DNA of 57,397 nucleotides from an uncultured Gammaproteobacteria bacterium (GTDB taxonomy: Bacteria; Patescibacteriota; Patescibacteriia; UBA1558; GWA2-36-10). This document shows positions 8,085 through 18,202 of this stretch, piece after piece. The translations under genes and the position numbers were made by a program. How positions within the stretch are numbered: the stretch's first letter is position 1; the number at the start of each line of letters is the position of its first letter. The notes beneath the pieces are model-generated. The model was not told the origin of the DNA. It ran no database searches and was given only the letters and a program-made list of their open reading frames with translations. Location of the stretch: NCBI GenBank assembly GCA_964604515.1, contig CAZRZA010000003.1:1-57397 (forward strand). Direction: 5' to 3'.

Positions 8085-8672
8085 TTTAATCAATATTTTA
8101 TAATCTTTTAACTCTTTCCTAATATTAATATAATTAGGTATACTCTGAGAAACTAAATTCCAAAATCTTTGAGAATGATTCATTTCTTTAAGATGACATA
8201 ATTCATGAACAATAATATAGTCTTGCATATAATCTTTTAAGAATAATATCTTATAATTAAAATTTAAATTTTTTTGCGAAGAACAAGATCCCCATCTAGA
8301 TTTTTGATTCTTTATTCTAATTTTATTATATTTATAATTATATACTCTATTATAATATTCTAATCTCTTTAATATTAAATTATATACCTCTTCTTTATAC
8401 TTTAAATAATCTTCTTTATTACTAAGATAAATATTAGTATCTAAAGAACTTAATTTATTTAATATCCATTTACTCTTACTTCTTAATATTTTATTAATAG
8501 AAAAAATATAATAATATGGTTTTATTACTACTAATTTACCTTCTTGATCTATAGATATTCTAATATTCTTAGCTCTTTTACTATTCCTAATACTATACTT
8601 AATATCTTGATTATTTAATTTAATTATCTTTTCTACATCTTTCATATAATCTACATAGTCTCTCGTAAACAA
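8082..8672 (-). CDS. YgjP-like M48/DUF45 metal-dependent hydrolase
   Basis: HELCHLKEMNHSQRFW matches the HExxH...NH..FW signature of the YgjP/DUF45 family. The start may be the internal Met at 8645. Confidence 0.8.
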   Translation of the reverse strand: MFTRDYVDYMKDVEKIIKLNNQDIKYSIRNSKRAKNIRISIDQEGKLVVIKPYYYIFSINKILRSKSKWILNKLSSLDTNIYLSNKEDYLKYKEEVYNLILKRLEYYNRVYNYKYNKIRIKNQKSRWGSCSSQKNLNFNYKILFLKDYMQDYIIVHELCHLKEMNHSQRFWNLVSQSIPNYINIRKELKDYKILIK

Positions 8673-9075
8673 GATCTCTCTTTTCTAAATTAATTAAATA
8701 TATATTCTTCTTCCCAACTCTAATAAGTATATTATTTATTTTATTCTTCTTAATACCTTTTATATCCCTAATATAAACACTACCTCTTTCTTCATAATTA
8801 TCTCTATAATTACTATAGAGATCTATTATTCTCCTATTAGTTAATAAATATATTCTAGTATAATTTAATTCTTTAGCTAATAGAAATAGGATGTAAATAA
8901 TAAATATCAACCATATTATCACTCCTCTTCTGCCGTAAATAAATAAAGGATATAAAAGAAAAAAAGCTACAATTAAATAACTTAATATTAAATAATACTT
9001 TATTTTCTTCTTTTTAGTCTTAATAATTAATATTAAGGCTTCCTTATTTTCTAAAAATTTGTTAAAATTATTCAT
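8620..9075 (-). CDS. Membrane protein, possibly a bacterial PH (YdbS/YdbT-like) domain
   Basis: Two TM helices followed by ...TRIYLLTNRRIIDL..., resembling bPH_2 proteins. The domain assignment is tentative. Confidence 0.6.
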   Translation of the reverse strand: MNNFNKFLENKEALILIIKTKKKKIKYYLILSYLIVAFFLLYPLFIYGRRGVIIWLIFIIYILFLLAKELNYTRIYLLTNRRIIDLYSNYRDNYEERGSVYIRDIKGIKKNKINNILIRVGKKNIYLINLEKRDLVYERLCRLYERCRKDN

Positions 9076-9167
9076 ATGAAAAAGAAAACTATAAAAGTTA
9101 TTTGGACAATCTTCTCTGTCTTTATTATCCTTTCAATGATATTAATGACCTTAGGGGCCTCTTTCTT

Positions 9168-10946
9168 TTAAGAACGCTTTAAAACAGCTAAATAAGCCTC
9201 TTGAGGTATGGCTATCTTCCCAGCTTTAGCCATTCTTTTTTTACCTTTTTTCTGTTTTTCTAATAACTTTCTCTTTCGAGTTACATCTCCTCCGTATAGT
9301 TTAGCAGTTACATCTTTCCTTAAAGCTGATAACTTTTCTCCAGCTACTATTTTACCACCGACAGCAGCTTGTAATTTAATTACAAATTGAGCTGGTGGTA
9401 AGGATTTCTTTAAGGTCTTAATAATTCTTTTACCAACACTATGCACCTCATCTTTATACACTAAAGAAGTTAAGGCTTCAACAAGGTGTTCAGCTACTAA
9501 AATATCCATTTTTACTAGTTCGCATTTTCGATGATCTATAAATTCATAATTTAAAGAAGCATAACCAGAAGAGAGACTTTTTATCTTATCATAGAAATCT
9601 ACTAAAATACTTGCTAAGGGAATATCATATCTTAAAATAACCCTTTCTTCATCTAAATATTCTGTATCTTTAGATATTCCTCTTTCGGCGATAATATAAG
9701 TCATTAAATTACCGACATATTCTTTGGGGGTAATAACTTCAATGGCCATATACGGTTCTTCTATATAATCTATTTGAGTTTGTTCTGGCATTTCTGTCGG
9801 TGTTGTTAAAACAATTTTCTTCTGATTACTTAAATATATATTATAAGCAACAGTGGGGGTAGTAACTATTAAGTCTAAATTAAATTCTCTTTTTAATCTT
9901 TCTTGAAATATTTCTAAATGTAATAATCCTAAAAAACCACAACGAAAACCAAAGCCCAAGGCTTGACTATGAGTTGGTTCATATACCAAAGAAGCATCAC
10001 TTAACTTTAATTTAAGAATAGCTTCTCTTAATTTTTCATATTCATTACCTTCTTGGGTAAAGATACCGGCATAAACCATAGGCTTTACTTCTTTATACCC
10101 TGCTAAAGGTTGAATATTACTACCTTTCTTTAAGATAGTGTCCCCTACTTTAGCTTTAGCTAAATCTTTAATACCTGTAATTATATAGCCTATTTCACCA
10201 TTTTTTAATTCTCCGGAAGAAACCCAATGTGGTTTAAAGTAACCAATATCTAAAACTTCAGTTTCTTCTTTATTAGAAGCTAAGATTATTTTATCTCCTT
10301 TCTTTAGAGAACCAGAAAATATCCTAGTATAAATAACTACTCCTTTAAATTCATCATAACTGGAGTCAAATATTAAGGCCCTTACTTCTTCTTTACTATC
10401 TTCAGGAGCTTTTACTTTTTTAATAATACTATCTAATACTTTCTCTACTCCCTGACCTGTTTTAGCAGAAACATGCAATATATCTTCTTTAGAGCAACCC
10501 AGTAAATGAATTATTTCTTTAGATACTTTGTTAACATCAGCAGCTGGTAAATCTATTTTATTAATAACTGGTATTATTTCTAAATTTTGCTCTAAAGCTA
10601 AATAAAGATTAGCTAAAGTTTGTGCTTCTATTCCCTGACTAGCATCTACTAATAAAACAGCTCCTTCAACAGCAGCTAAAGAACGAGAAACTTCATAGGT
10701 AAAATCAACATGACCCGGTGTATCAATTAAATTAAGGATATGATTAGCCCATTCCATTCTAACTGGTTGTAATTTAATAGTAATTCCTCTTTCTCTCTCT
10801 AATTCCATTTGATCAAGTAATTGTTTTTTCATTTTTCTTTCTTCAACAGTATTAGTTATTTCTAACATTCTATCTGCTAAAGTAGATTTTCCATGATCAA
10901 TGTGAGCAATTATACAGAAATTTCTTATTTTATTAATTTCTTCCAT
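9168..10946 (-). CDS. lepA: Elongation factor 4 (translational GTPase LepA)
   Basis: G1 AHIDHGKST, G3 DTPGHVDF, G4 NKIDL, and a LepA-type C-terminus ...KLYGGDVTRKRKLLEKQKKGKKRM. Confidence 0.95.
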   Translation of the reverse strand: MEEINKIRNFCIIAHIDHGKSTLADRMLEITNTVEERKMKKQLLDQMELERERGITIKLQPVRMEWANHILNLIDTPGHVDFTYEVSRSLAAVEGAVLLVDASQGIEAQTLANLYLALEQNLEIIPVINKIDLPAADVNKVSKEIIHLLGCSKEDILHVSAKTGQGVEKVLDSIIKKVKAPEDSKEEVRALIFDSSYDEFKGVVIYTRIFSGSLKKGDKIILASNKEETEVLDIGYFKPHWVSSGELKNGEIGYIITGIKDLAKAKVGDTILKKGSNIQPLAGYKEVKPMVYAGIFTQEGNEYEKLREAILKLKLSDASLVYEPTHSQALGFGFRCGFLGLLHLEIFQERLKREFNLDLIVTTPTVAYNIYLSNQKKIVLTTPTEMPEQTQIDYIEEPYMAIEVITPKEYVGNLMTYIIAERGISKDTEYLDEERVILRYDIPLASILVDFYDKIKSLSSGYASLNYEFIDHRKCELVKMDILVAEHLVEALTSLVYKDEVHSVGKRIIKTLKKSLPPAQFVIKLQAAVGGKIVAGEKLSALRKDVTAKLYGGDVTRKRKLLEKQKKGKKRMAKAGKIAIPQEAYLAVLKRS

Positions 10947-12519
10947 TTTTTATTAAAGCTAAACTTTTTATTAATATTTTCTTTATTCCTTCTACTTCTT
11001 TAAGTTTAAATACTATACTTAATATTATATAAGTTAGCAAGCCTATAATACCCGCTATAAAGCCTTGTATAAAAATACCAAAGAAAGTGTGCATATCAAC
11101 CAAAGGAGCTAGTATTTGTAAACTACCATAGGCTAAAAGACCAGCGATGATAGAATTAAAAGATATTTTGAATAAAGAAGAAAATATTAAACCATCACTA
11201 ATATTATGAATCTTCTTATGAAGACCAATATATAATAAAACCATATTAATAATACTAGAAATAGAAAAAGCAATAGCTAAACCAAGAACAGCATATTTAG
11301 TGGCTAAAATAAATGATAATATTATATTAATAATAATACTAAAAACACTAATAGTCATTGGTGTTTTAGTATCTTCAAAAGCATAAAAAGATCTGGCTAA
11401 TAAAGGTATTAAACCTTGGGCAAAAATAGAAATAGCAAAATAACCTAAAGTATTAGCTGTTAAGATAGTATCATTCCAATCAAAAGCACCGGACCCTAAA
11501 ACAACTCTTACTATTTGAGCTCTCAAGACTATTGTTAAAACGGAAATAGGTATTAAAAGAAATAATATTCTTCTTAAAGAAGAGGAAAAATTATCCGCAA
11601 ATAATTTTTGATTATCATTATTAATAGCTTGAGTAAAGGTAGGAAAAACAGCAACAGCTAAAGAAACAGCAAATAAAGAAACAGGTAAACTTTGTAAATT
11701 ATTAGCTAAATTAAAAATAGCGATACTACCCGCTGTTAAAGTAGAGGCAATAATAGTAATTACTAATAAATTTATTTGTCCTGCTGCTAAACCTAAAGTA
11801 CGAGGTAACATTAATCTTAAAATCTTTTTTAATTCTTTAGTTATTTTTATAGTAAATAAATAAGACCAACCATTTTTATAGGCTTCTGGTAATTGTATTA
11901 ATAAATGTAATAAAGCTCCTAAAAATACTCCCCAAGCTAAACCAGTTAAACCTAAAATAGGATAAAAATAAATAATACCAATAATAATACCTATATTATA
12001 AAAAGAGGCTGCTAAAGAAAAAGAAAAGAATTTTTTCCAAGAATTTAAAACACCACCAATAATATTACTAATAACAAAAAATATTATAGCTAATAACATC
12101 ACTCTAGTTAAAGAAATAACTTGTATTAATTGCATTTCATTAAAACCAGGAGTAATAAACTTCATTAATTGTGGGGCAAAAATAATAGTTAAAATAACTA
12201 AAAAAGTAATTATAATCAAGAATAAATTCAAAAGAGAACTAGCTAAAACTAAACCCTTTTCTTTGTTCTTTTCCCATGTTTTTTGAAAAACAGGGATAAA
12301 AGCTGAGGTTAGGGCTCCTAAAACTAAAGTATTAAATATCAAATCTGGCAAACGAAAAGCAGAGTAATAAATATCGGATAATTCAGAAGCACCAAAATTA
12401 TGAGCTATCAACCTTTCTCTTACTAAACCAAATATTTTAGATAATAAAGAAAAAACAGCGATTAATAAAGCGCCGCCAATAATACTATTATTTATTTTAT
12501 ACCAAAGTCTATTCCACAT
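10933..12519 (-). CDS. murJ: Lipid II flippase MurJ (MOP/MVF family)
   Basis: About 14 TM helices and the N-terminal LLSKIFGLVRERLIAHNFGAS motif typical of MurJ. Confidence 0.85.
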   Translation of the reverse strand: MWNRLWYKINNSIIGGALLIAVFSLLSKIFGLVRERLIAHNFGASELSDIYYSAFRLPDLIFNTLVLGALTSAFIPVFQKTWEKNKEKGLVLASSLLNLFLIIITFLVILTIIFAPQLMKFITPGFNEMQLIQVISLTRVMLLAIIFFVISNIIGGVLNSWKKFFSFSLAASFYNIGIIIGIIYFYPILGLTGLAWGVFLGALLHLLIQLPEAYKNGWSYLFTIKITKELKKILRLMLPRTLGLAAGQINLLVITIIASTLTAGSIAIFNLANNLQSLPVSLFAVSLAVAVFPTFTQAINNDNQKLFADNFSSSLRRILFLLIPISVLTIVLRAQIVRVVLGSGAFDWNDTILTANTLGYFAISIFAQGLIPLLARSFYAFEDTKTPMTISVFSIIINIILSFILATKYAVLGLAIAFSISSIINMVLLYIGLHKKIHNISDGLIFSSLFKISFNSIIAGLLAYGSLQILAPLVDMHTFFGIFIQGFIAGIIGLLTYIILSIVFKLKEVEGIKKILIKSLALIKNGRN

Positions 12520-14880
12520 TTATTTACTAACTATAACAAAACCAAAATATTGATCCTGATGTAATTCTGTATTATAAGTAATTAAATTATCTATAATACT
12601 CATTTGTTCTTCTTGATTAGCTTTGTTCCAAATAATTTTACTATTTTCTGGTAATATTACAGAAGAATTTAAAATACTATTCTTACTACCAGATTGAGAT
12701 TGTATTAATAAACTATAATTATCTAAACTTAAACCTCTTTTTAATAAGTTATTAAAATAATTATTAACCAAAGAGTCATTAATGTTTATTTTAAAAGGTA
12801 ACTTATATTTAAGAGAATAAGTCTTTGTTTCTCCTGGCTTAAGCCTAGTCCAATTAGCAAAAACAGTTTTTCCTAAACTTTCATAAATTTCAGTATTAGA
12901 TATATTATCTATCATTTTACCCTTCTCTTCTTTGGCTATATCTTTATCTATACTAGCTTGATTATTAGGAAGGTGAAAATAATTATCTTCCATATTATCA
13001 AAACCATAGGCCTCAATAAACTGACTACCCAAAGGTGTATAAACTCTTAAATAATGTATATTATCACCCTCTAAGCCTCTAAAAAGATTATCTTCTGAAC
13101 TATTATTAACTTTAGTAATTCGTAAAGTATCGATAATATCTCCATTAGCTTGTATTTCAACTTGATGATCTATAGTTTGATATACTTCATCATCTGTTTT
13201 ACCACCAGCTAAATTAGTATTAACAATATAAAGATAATCTTTATTTGTAACTGCTACTTTACCAGCCCAATTAAATTTTTCTAATTCTTTTTGTTTTTGA
13301 TAATCATTTAAAAATATTTGTACATCTTTAGTAGCTAAAGTCTGTACTAATATAGAAGCTATTTTTTCTTTTTGCTTACTATTAAATAATTGTTCTAGAA
13401 TACGAGGAGCTAAATCAGCAATAATTGCTTTTGGCTCATTCTTTTCTTTATCATAATTTAACTCTACTTCAGTTTGTAATATATCAAATAAATTATCAGC
13501 TGTAATTACTGTTTCATAATCTTCTAAGGCAATGGGGCCAATTACTTTTAATAATTCTTTCAAAACATTAGCATTTATAGCTAAAACTCCATCTACAGAA
13601 GAATTACCAGATTCTTTATAGAAATCTAAAATCTTTTCGGCTGAAAAAGAAAAATCCGGCCACCAATTAGCATCCCAAATATAGAAATGAGGGGCTATTA
13701 AAGACAAGGCTCGTGGGGCTTGTTTTAATTTTTTTTGACCAGCAGTTAAATCATATGTACCTCCTCTAGGTATTTCTAAATTATTAATATTACCTTTATA
13801 AATATCTAAAACGGCAAAACTACCAATAAAACCACCAGTTGCTCTTAATTCATTATTATTTTGAAATAAAACTAAATATCTCTTTTCTGAATCATGTCCT
13901 AAAATATCTGTTAAAATATCAAAAACATTTTCTAAAGTTTCTAAATTACTTATAATATTTGGTAAAGAGTTTTTAAGGTCTATAATGTGTACCCTTAAAT
14001 CATCGGGCAATACCTTTAAACTTATACTGTTTAAATTATTTTCAGAATCATATAAGTATGGTAATACTTTTTCTATTCTTTCTGAAATAAAATATAAATA
14101 CTCTGTTAAATCTTCTTCTTTTTCTAGTTTTTCATTTAAAGCTAAACCCGCTTGAGATATATTAAAAGCTAAATTTAACAAATCATCACCTAAAGATAAT
14201 GTTTCACCTATAATTGGTAAATTAGAACCCAGAGAAATACTCCAAGAATAATGTTTGTCTAATAATTCTTTTACTTGATTAAAAGAATTTAAAGCTTTTT
14301 CAAAATCTAATTTAGCTAAATCATACTCTTCCTCTGAAGCTGATATCATTCCAGATTTTAAACCAATAAATCCTTCTTTACCTAAGTTTAGTATATTAGG
14401 TTTATCTTCTTGTATTTTACCAAAAAAAACAAAACCTCTAATTGGTAAAAGTATTATAAATAATAATAAAGCAAAAGCTGTTACTCTAGTATAAAGTCCT
14501 TTAAATCTAGAAGGAGAAATAGTAACTTTAGGAATATTAAAAGATATTTTTTTAATTTTCCAAGTAGGTAGTTTAATATTAGGTTTTCTAAATCTTATAC
14601 CCCTCTTCTTTTCAATTTCTTCTTCTAAAGAATTAGTCCTTAAATCTAAAATATTATGAGAAGGACGTACATATTCTGTTTCTAATTCTCTAGCTACTTT
14701 ATTTTTAACTTTTTTAGCTAAACTTAATAAAGAAGAATTACTTAAATCACTTCTTATTAAATTATCTAATTTTTTAAAAGCTTCTTTTTTAGCTAAATCA
14801 TCTTCTTTATTATCTAATAAGAATTGATCTATATCTTCTAAAAAATCTTTATCAATATTTATCTTTTTCTTTCTAGGCAT
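12520..14880 (-). CDS. DUF4012 domain-containing envelope protein
   Basis: One TM helix, then NNNELRATGGFIGSFAVLD, the hallmark DUF4012 motif. It sits beside glycosyltransferases, as is usual for this family. Confidence 0.8.
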   Translation of the reverse strand: MPRKKKINIDKDFLEDIDQFLLDNKEDDLAKKEAFKKLDNLIRSDLSNSSLLSLAKKVKNKVARELETEYVRPSHNILDLRTNSLEEEIEKKRGIRFRKPNIKLPTWKIKKISFNIPKVTISPSRFKGLYTRVTAFALLLFIILLPIRGFVFFGKIQEDKPNILNLGKEGFIGLKSGMISASEEEYDLAKLDFEKALNSFNQVKELLDKHYSWSISLGSNLPIIGETLSLGDDLLNLAFNISQAGLALNEKLEKEEDLTEYLYFISERIEKVLPYLYDSENNLNSISLKVLPDDLRVHIIDLKNSLPNIISNLETLENVFDILTDILGHDSEKRYLVLFQNNNELRATGGFIGSFAVLDIYKGNINNLEIPRGGTYDLTAGQKKLKQAPRALSLIAPHFYIWDANWWPDFSFSAEKILDFYKESGNSSVDGVLAINANVLKELLKVIGPIALEDYETVITADNLFDILQTEVELNYDKEKNEPKAIIADLAPRILEQLFNSKQKEKIASILVQTLATKDVQIFLNDYQKQKELEKFNWAGKVAVTNKDYLYIVNTNLAGGKTDDEVYQTIDHQVEIQANGDIIDTLRITKVNNSSEDNLFRGLEGDNIHYLRVYTPLGSQFIEAYGFDNMEDNYFHLPNNQASIDKDIAKEEKGKMIDNISNTEIYESLGKTVFANWTRLKPGETKTYSLKYKLPFKININDSLVNNYFNNLLKRGLSLDNYSLLIQSQSGSKNSILNSSVILPENSKIIWNKANQEEQMSIIDNLITYNTELHQDQYFGFVIVSK

Positions 14881-14919
14881 TATTTATATTATAACACAGA
14901 AGTTATTTCTAACAAAATA

Positions 14920-15999
14920 TTAATTATTATATAAATTAATTATCTTTTTAGTCATTTTATTCCAAGAATATTTTTTAATTTGCTCTAAACCACTACTCTT
15001 TAATTTATTTCTTAATTCTTTATTATTAATAATAGTATTAATTTTATTTAATAAATCTGCTTCATCTTGAGGATTAAAATATAAAGCTGCTTTACCTAAT
15101 ATTTCTGGTAAACAGGTACTATTTGAAGATAAAACAGGTAATTGATAAGCCATGGCCTCTAAAGGTGGTAAACCAAAGCCTTCATACAAAGAGGGAAATA
15201 TATAAGCCTGAGCTTTTTGATAATAATTAATTAAAAGATTATCAGGAACAAAACCCTTTATAATAATATTACTATTAATATCTTTTCTTAATTCTTTATA
15301 AAAATGATCTTCTGATCCTATTAATATTAAATAATAATCTTTATTACTCTTTAAAAACTTTTTAAAAACTTTTAATAAAAATTTTAAATTCTTATGGGGA
15401 TAAGCATTGCCAATGTATAATAAGAACTTCTCTGGTAGTTCTATATCCTGACTCTTTTTATTAACTATATTAAAGCCTTCATAAATTACTTCTATTTTAG
15501 AAGTATTCTTTAATTTAAAATATTCTTTAATATCTTGAGCTGTAAACTTAGAAACAGCTATTATCTTAATAGCTTTCTTAATTGCTCTTTTAATAATCAA
15601 ATTATAGGCTAATCTTTTTATAAAAAAGAAAAAATAATTTAAAGTACTTGTTTTTTTACTAGGAAATTTAGTCATTATTAAATCATGAATAGTAACTATA
15701 TATTTACCTCGATAAAAAAAGGGAATATTAAAATGAGTAAAATGTACTAAGTCTGGTTTTATTTTATTTAAAATAAATGGTAATAATATTTGTTCTGTAA
15801 AAGAATACCAATGATAGTTAAATATTTTAATTTTAAAATTATTTGGTAAATCAATTCCAGGACTTTCTTTAAACAAAAGAATATACTGATTAATGCTATC
15901 TTCTTTTATTAAATTCTCTAATAATTTTTGATTATATCTTCCTAAACCACCAACCTTGGGACCATATATTCTTAAATCAATTACTATTTTTTTAAACAT
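14920..15999 (-). CDS. Glycosyltransferase family 4
   Basis: EGFGLPPLEAMAYQLPV (E-x7-E motif). Confidence 0.85.
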   Translation of the reverse strand: MFKKIVIDLRIYGPKVGGLGRYNQKLLENLIKEDSINQYILLFKESPGIDLPNNFKIKIFNYHWYSFTEQILLPFILNKIKPDLVHFTHFNIPFFYRGKYIVTIHDLIMTKFPSKKTSTLNYFFFFIKRLAYNLIIKRAIKKAIKIIAVSKFTAQDIKEYFKLKNTSKIEVIYEGFNIVNKKSQDIELPEKFLLYIGNAYPHKNLKFLLKVFKKFLKSNKDYYLILIGSEDHFYKELRKDINSNIIIKGFVPDNLLINYYQKAQAYIFPSLYEGFGLPPLEAMAYQLPVLSSNSTCLPEILGKAALYFNPQDEADLLNKINTIINNKELRNKLKSSGLEQIKKYSWNKMTKKIINLYNN

Positions 16000-17122
16000 C
16001 TTTAAAATAATTAATTATTTCTTTTATTTGTTCTGACCAATTATATATTTTAAAATCTTTACTATCTTCAATTAAATCTTTTCTCAATTCCTTATCTTCT
16101 GTTAACATCTTTAACATTTGATATATTTCAGCAGAATTAAAAGGGTCTATATAGAGTGCTTGTTTCTTTATTATTTCTGGTAAAGAAGTTTTATAACTAG
16201 CAATAACTGGAACATTATAATAAGTAGCCTCTAATAAAGGAAAGCCAAATCCTTCGTAAAAAGAAGGCCAAATTAAACCCTGACTTAAATAATATAAAGC
16301 TGCTTTTTCTAAGCCAGTAACATAGCCTAAGTTTCTAATATATTTTCTCTGTTTAATTTTCTTTATAATATCTCTATACATCCATCCTTTAGCACCAATA
16401 ATCAAGAGCTCTGTATAGGGATATTCTTTATGATATTTATCAAAACCCTTTATAATGCTAGCAATATTTTTACGAGGTTCTAAAGTACCAATATAAATAA
16501 AGTATTCTTTTTTTAAATCATAGCCAGAAAGAATATTTTGAGCTTTTTCTTTATCCATTTTTATTACTTCTACTCCTGGATATATTACTTTTATTTTATT
16601 ACCATCTGTTAAAAAGAATTTCATTATATCTCTTCTTGTATTATTAGAAACAGCTATTATCTTATCTGCTTTAGATACTAATTTACGAACATTAACTAAT
16701 TTATGCCAAATTTTTCTTTTTAAAGAATAGAAATCTTTACTATGTAAAAAAGATAAATCATGAATAGTTAATAATATTGGTACTTTATTATTAAATTTAT
16801 AAAAATTAATATTTGGCAACCAAAGTAAATCTAAAGTTACTGGAAATAGTTTTGTTAAATCTGGTCCCGCTTTTAATAATAAAGTTAAGTTTAATATCTT
16901 ATTACTAATTTTTAAATGAATATGATGTATATTATCACTCTTTAAAATATCATTTAATTCTTCTTTAATTAACTTATTAATTTCTTTACTACCTGAAGAA
17001 AGTAAATAATAATTATTTTTTTTATCTAATTTAGCTATTTCTTTAATAGAATTAAAAATATAATTACCTATACCAGTTCTACTTTTGGTTGCTAAACCTC
17101 TAATATCTATACCTATATTCAT
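15992..17122 (-). CDS. Glycosyltransferase family 4
   Basis: EGFGFPLLEATYYNVPVI. Confidence 0.85.
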   Translation of the reverse strand: MNIGIDIRGLATKSRTGIGNYIFNSIKEIAKLDKKNNYYLLSSGSKEINKLIKEELNDILKSDNIHHIHLKISNKILNLTLLLKAGPDLTKLFPVTLDLLWLPNINFYKFNNKVPILLTIHDLSFLHSKDFYSLKRKIWHKLVNVRKLVSKADKIIAVSNNTRRDIMKFFLTDGNKIKVIYPGVEVIKMDKEKAQNILSGYDLKKEYFIYIGTLEPRKNIASIIKGFDKYHKEYPYTELLIIGAKGWMYRDIIKKIKQRKYIRNLGYVTGLEKAALYYLSQGLIWPSFYEGFGFPLLEATYYNVPVIASYKTSLPEIIKKQALYIDPFNSAEIYQMLKMLTEDKELRKDLIEDSKDFKIYNWSEQIKEIINYFKDV

Positions 17123-18201
17123 ATCTTATTTATATAATTATTTATCTTTTCTCGAAAAACTTTTTCATCAAAATTATAAGAATAATTTTTTATTTCTTGA
17201 GAATTAAAATCTCTAGAATTAAATCTTAAAATAGCATGAGCTAAGCTTTCCCAATTTTGATCTTTAAAGAATATTCCTGTTTTCTTCTCTACTACTGTTT
17301 CTAAAGCACCTCCTCGAGCATAAGCTATTACTGGTCTTCCAGAAGCCATAGCTTCTAAAGCAGTGATACCAAAATCTTCTACTTGTGGATAAATAAAAGC
17401 CTGACAATGTCTTAAATAATAATTTCTCTGTTCATCATTTAATTCTCCTAAAAACTCTATATTAGAATGAGCCTTTCTTTTTAATTTATTTAATTCTGTA
17501 CCAGAGCCTATTATCTTTAGGGGTAATTTTAAATTATTAAAAGCTTCAATAGCTAAATCTACTTTTTTATATGGTCTTAAACGACTAACTATTAAATAGT
17601 AATCTTTAATATTATTACTTACTTTAAATTGATTTACTTTAATAGGAGGATAAATAACGGTAGATTCTTTTTGATAATGTTTCTTTATTTTCCGAGCTAT
17701 ATATTTAGAATTAGCTAAAAAATAATCTATATTCTGAGCTTTATTATAATCCCAGGCTTGTAATTTATTTAATACTCTAGGTAAGAATATCTTTGATAGC
17801 TTACCTTCTGGTAAATTATCAATATACTCTTCTTGATCATCCCATAAATATCTAGTTGTCGTATGACAATAACAAATATGTTTAGTATTCTGACCCTTTG
17901 TAACACCTTTAACAAAAGCCGAACAAGAGCTTAAAATAATATCATAATCTTTTAAAGATATCTTTTCCCAAGCCCTGGGCATTAAGATTAAAAAATATTT
18001 AAAAAACTTATTTACTAAAGGTATTTTTTGTAAAAAAGAAGTTTTTATTCTTTTTTGTTCTAAAAAAGAATTAGTTAATTTAGGGGTATTTATTAAAGTA
18101 AAAATAAAAGAATTAGGATAAATATCAGAAAAAATAGTTAAGACCTTCTCTGCTCCTCCTTTTTGAAATAAATGATCATGAGCTAAAGCAATTTTTTTCA
18201 T
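17119..18201 (-). CDS. Glycosyltransferase family 4 (start moved to MKKIALAHD; the track ORF extends to 18231)
   Basis: EDFGITALEAMASGRPVI. The ATG at 18201 removes the overlap with the upstream gene's stop at 18203. Confidence 0.8.
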   Translation of the reverse strand: MKKIALAHDHLFQKGGAEKVLTIFSDIYPNSFIFTLINTPKLTNSFLEQKRIKTSFLQKIPLVNKFFKYFLILMPRAWEKISLKDYDIILSSCSAFVKGVTKGQNTKHICYCHTTTRYLWDDQEEYIDNLPEGKLSKIFLPRVLNKLQAWDYNKAQNIDYFLANSKYIARKIKKHYQKESTVIYPPIKVNQFKVSNNIKDYYLIVSRLRPYKKVDLAIEAFNNLKLPLKIIGSGTELNKLKRKAHSNIEFLGELNDEQRNYYLRHCQAFIYPQVEDFGITALEAMASGRPVIAYARGGALETVVEKKTGIFFKDQNWESLAHAILRFNSRDFNSQEIKNYSYNFDEKVFREKINNYINKI

Positions 18202-18202
18202 T

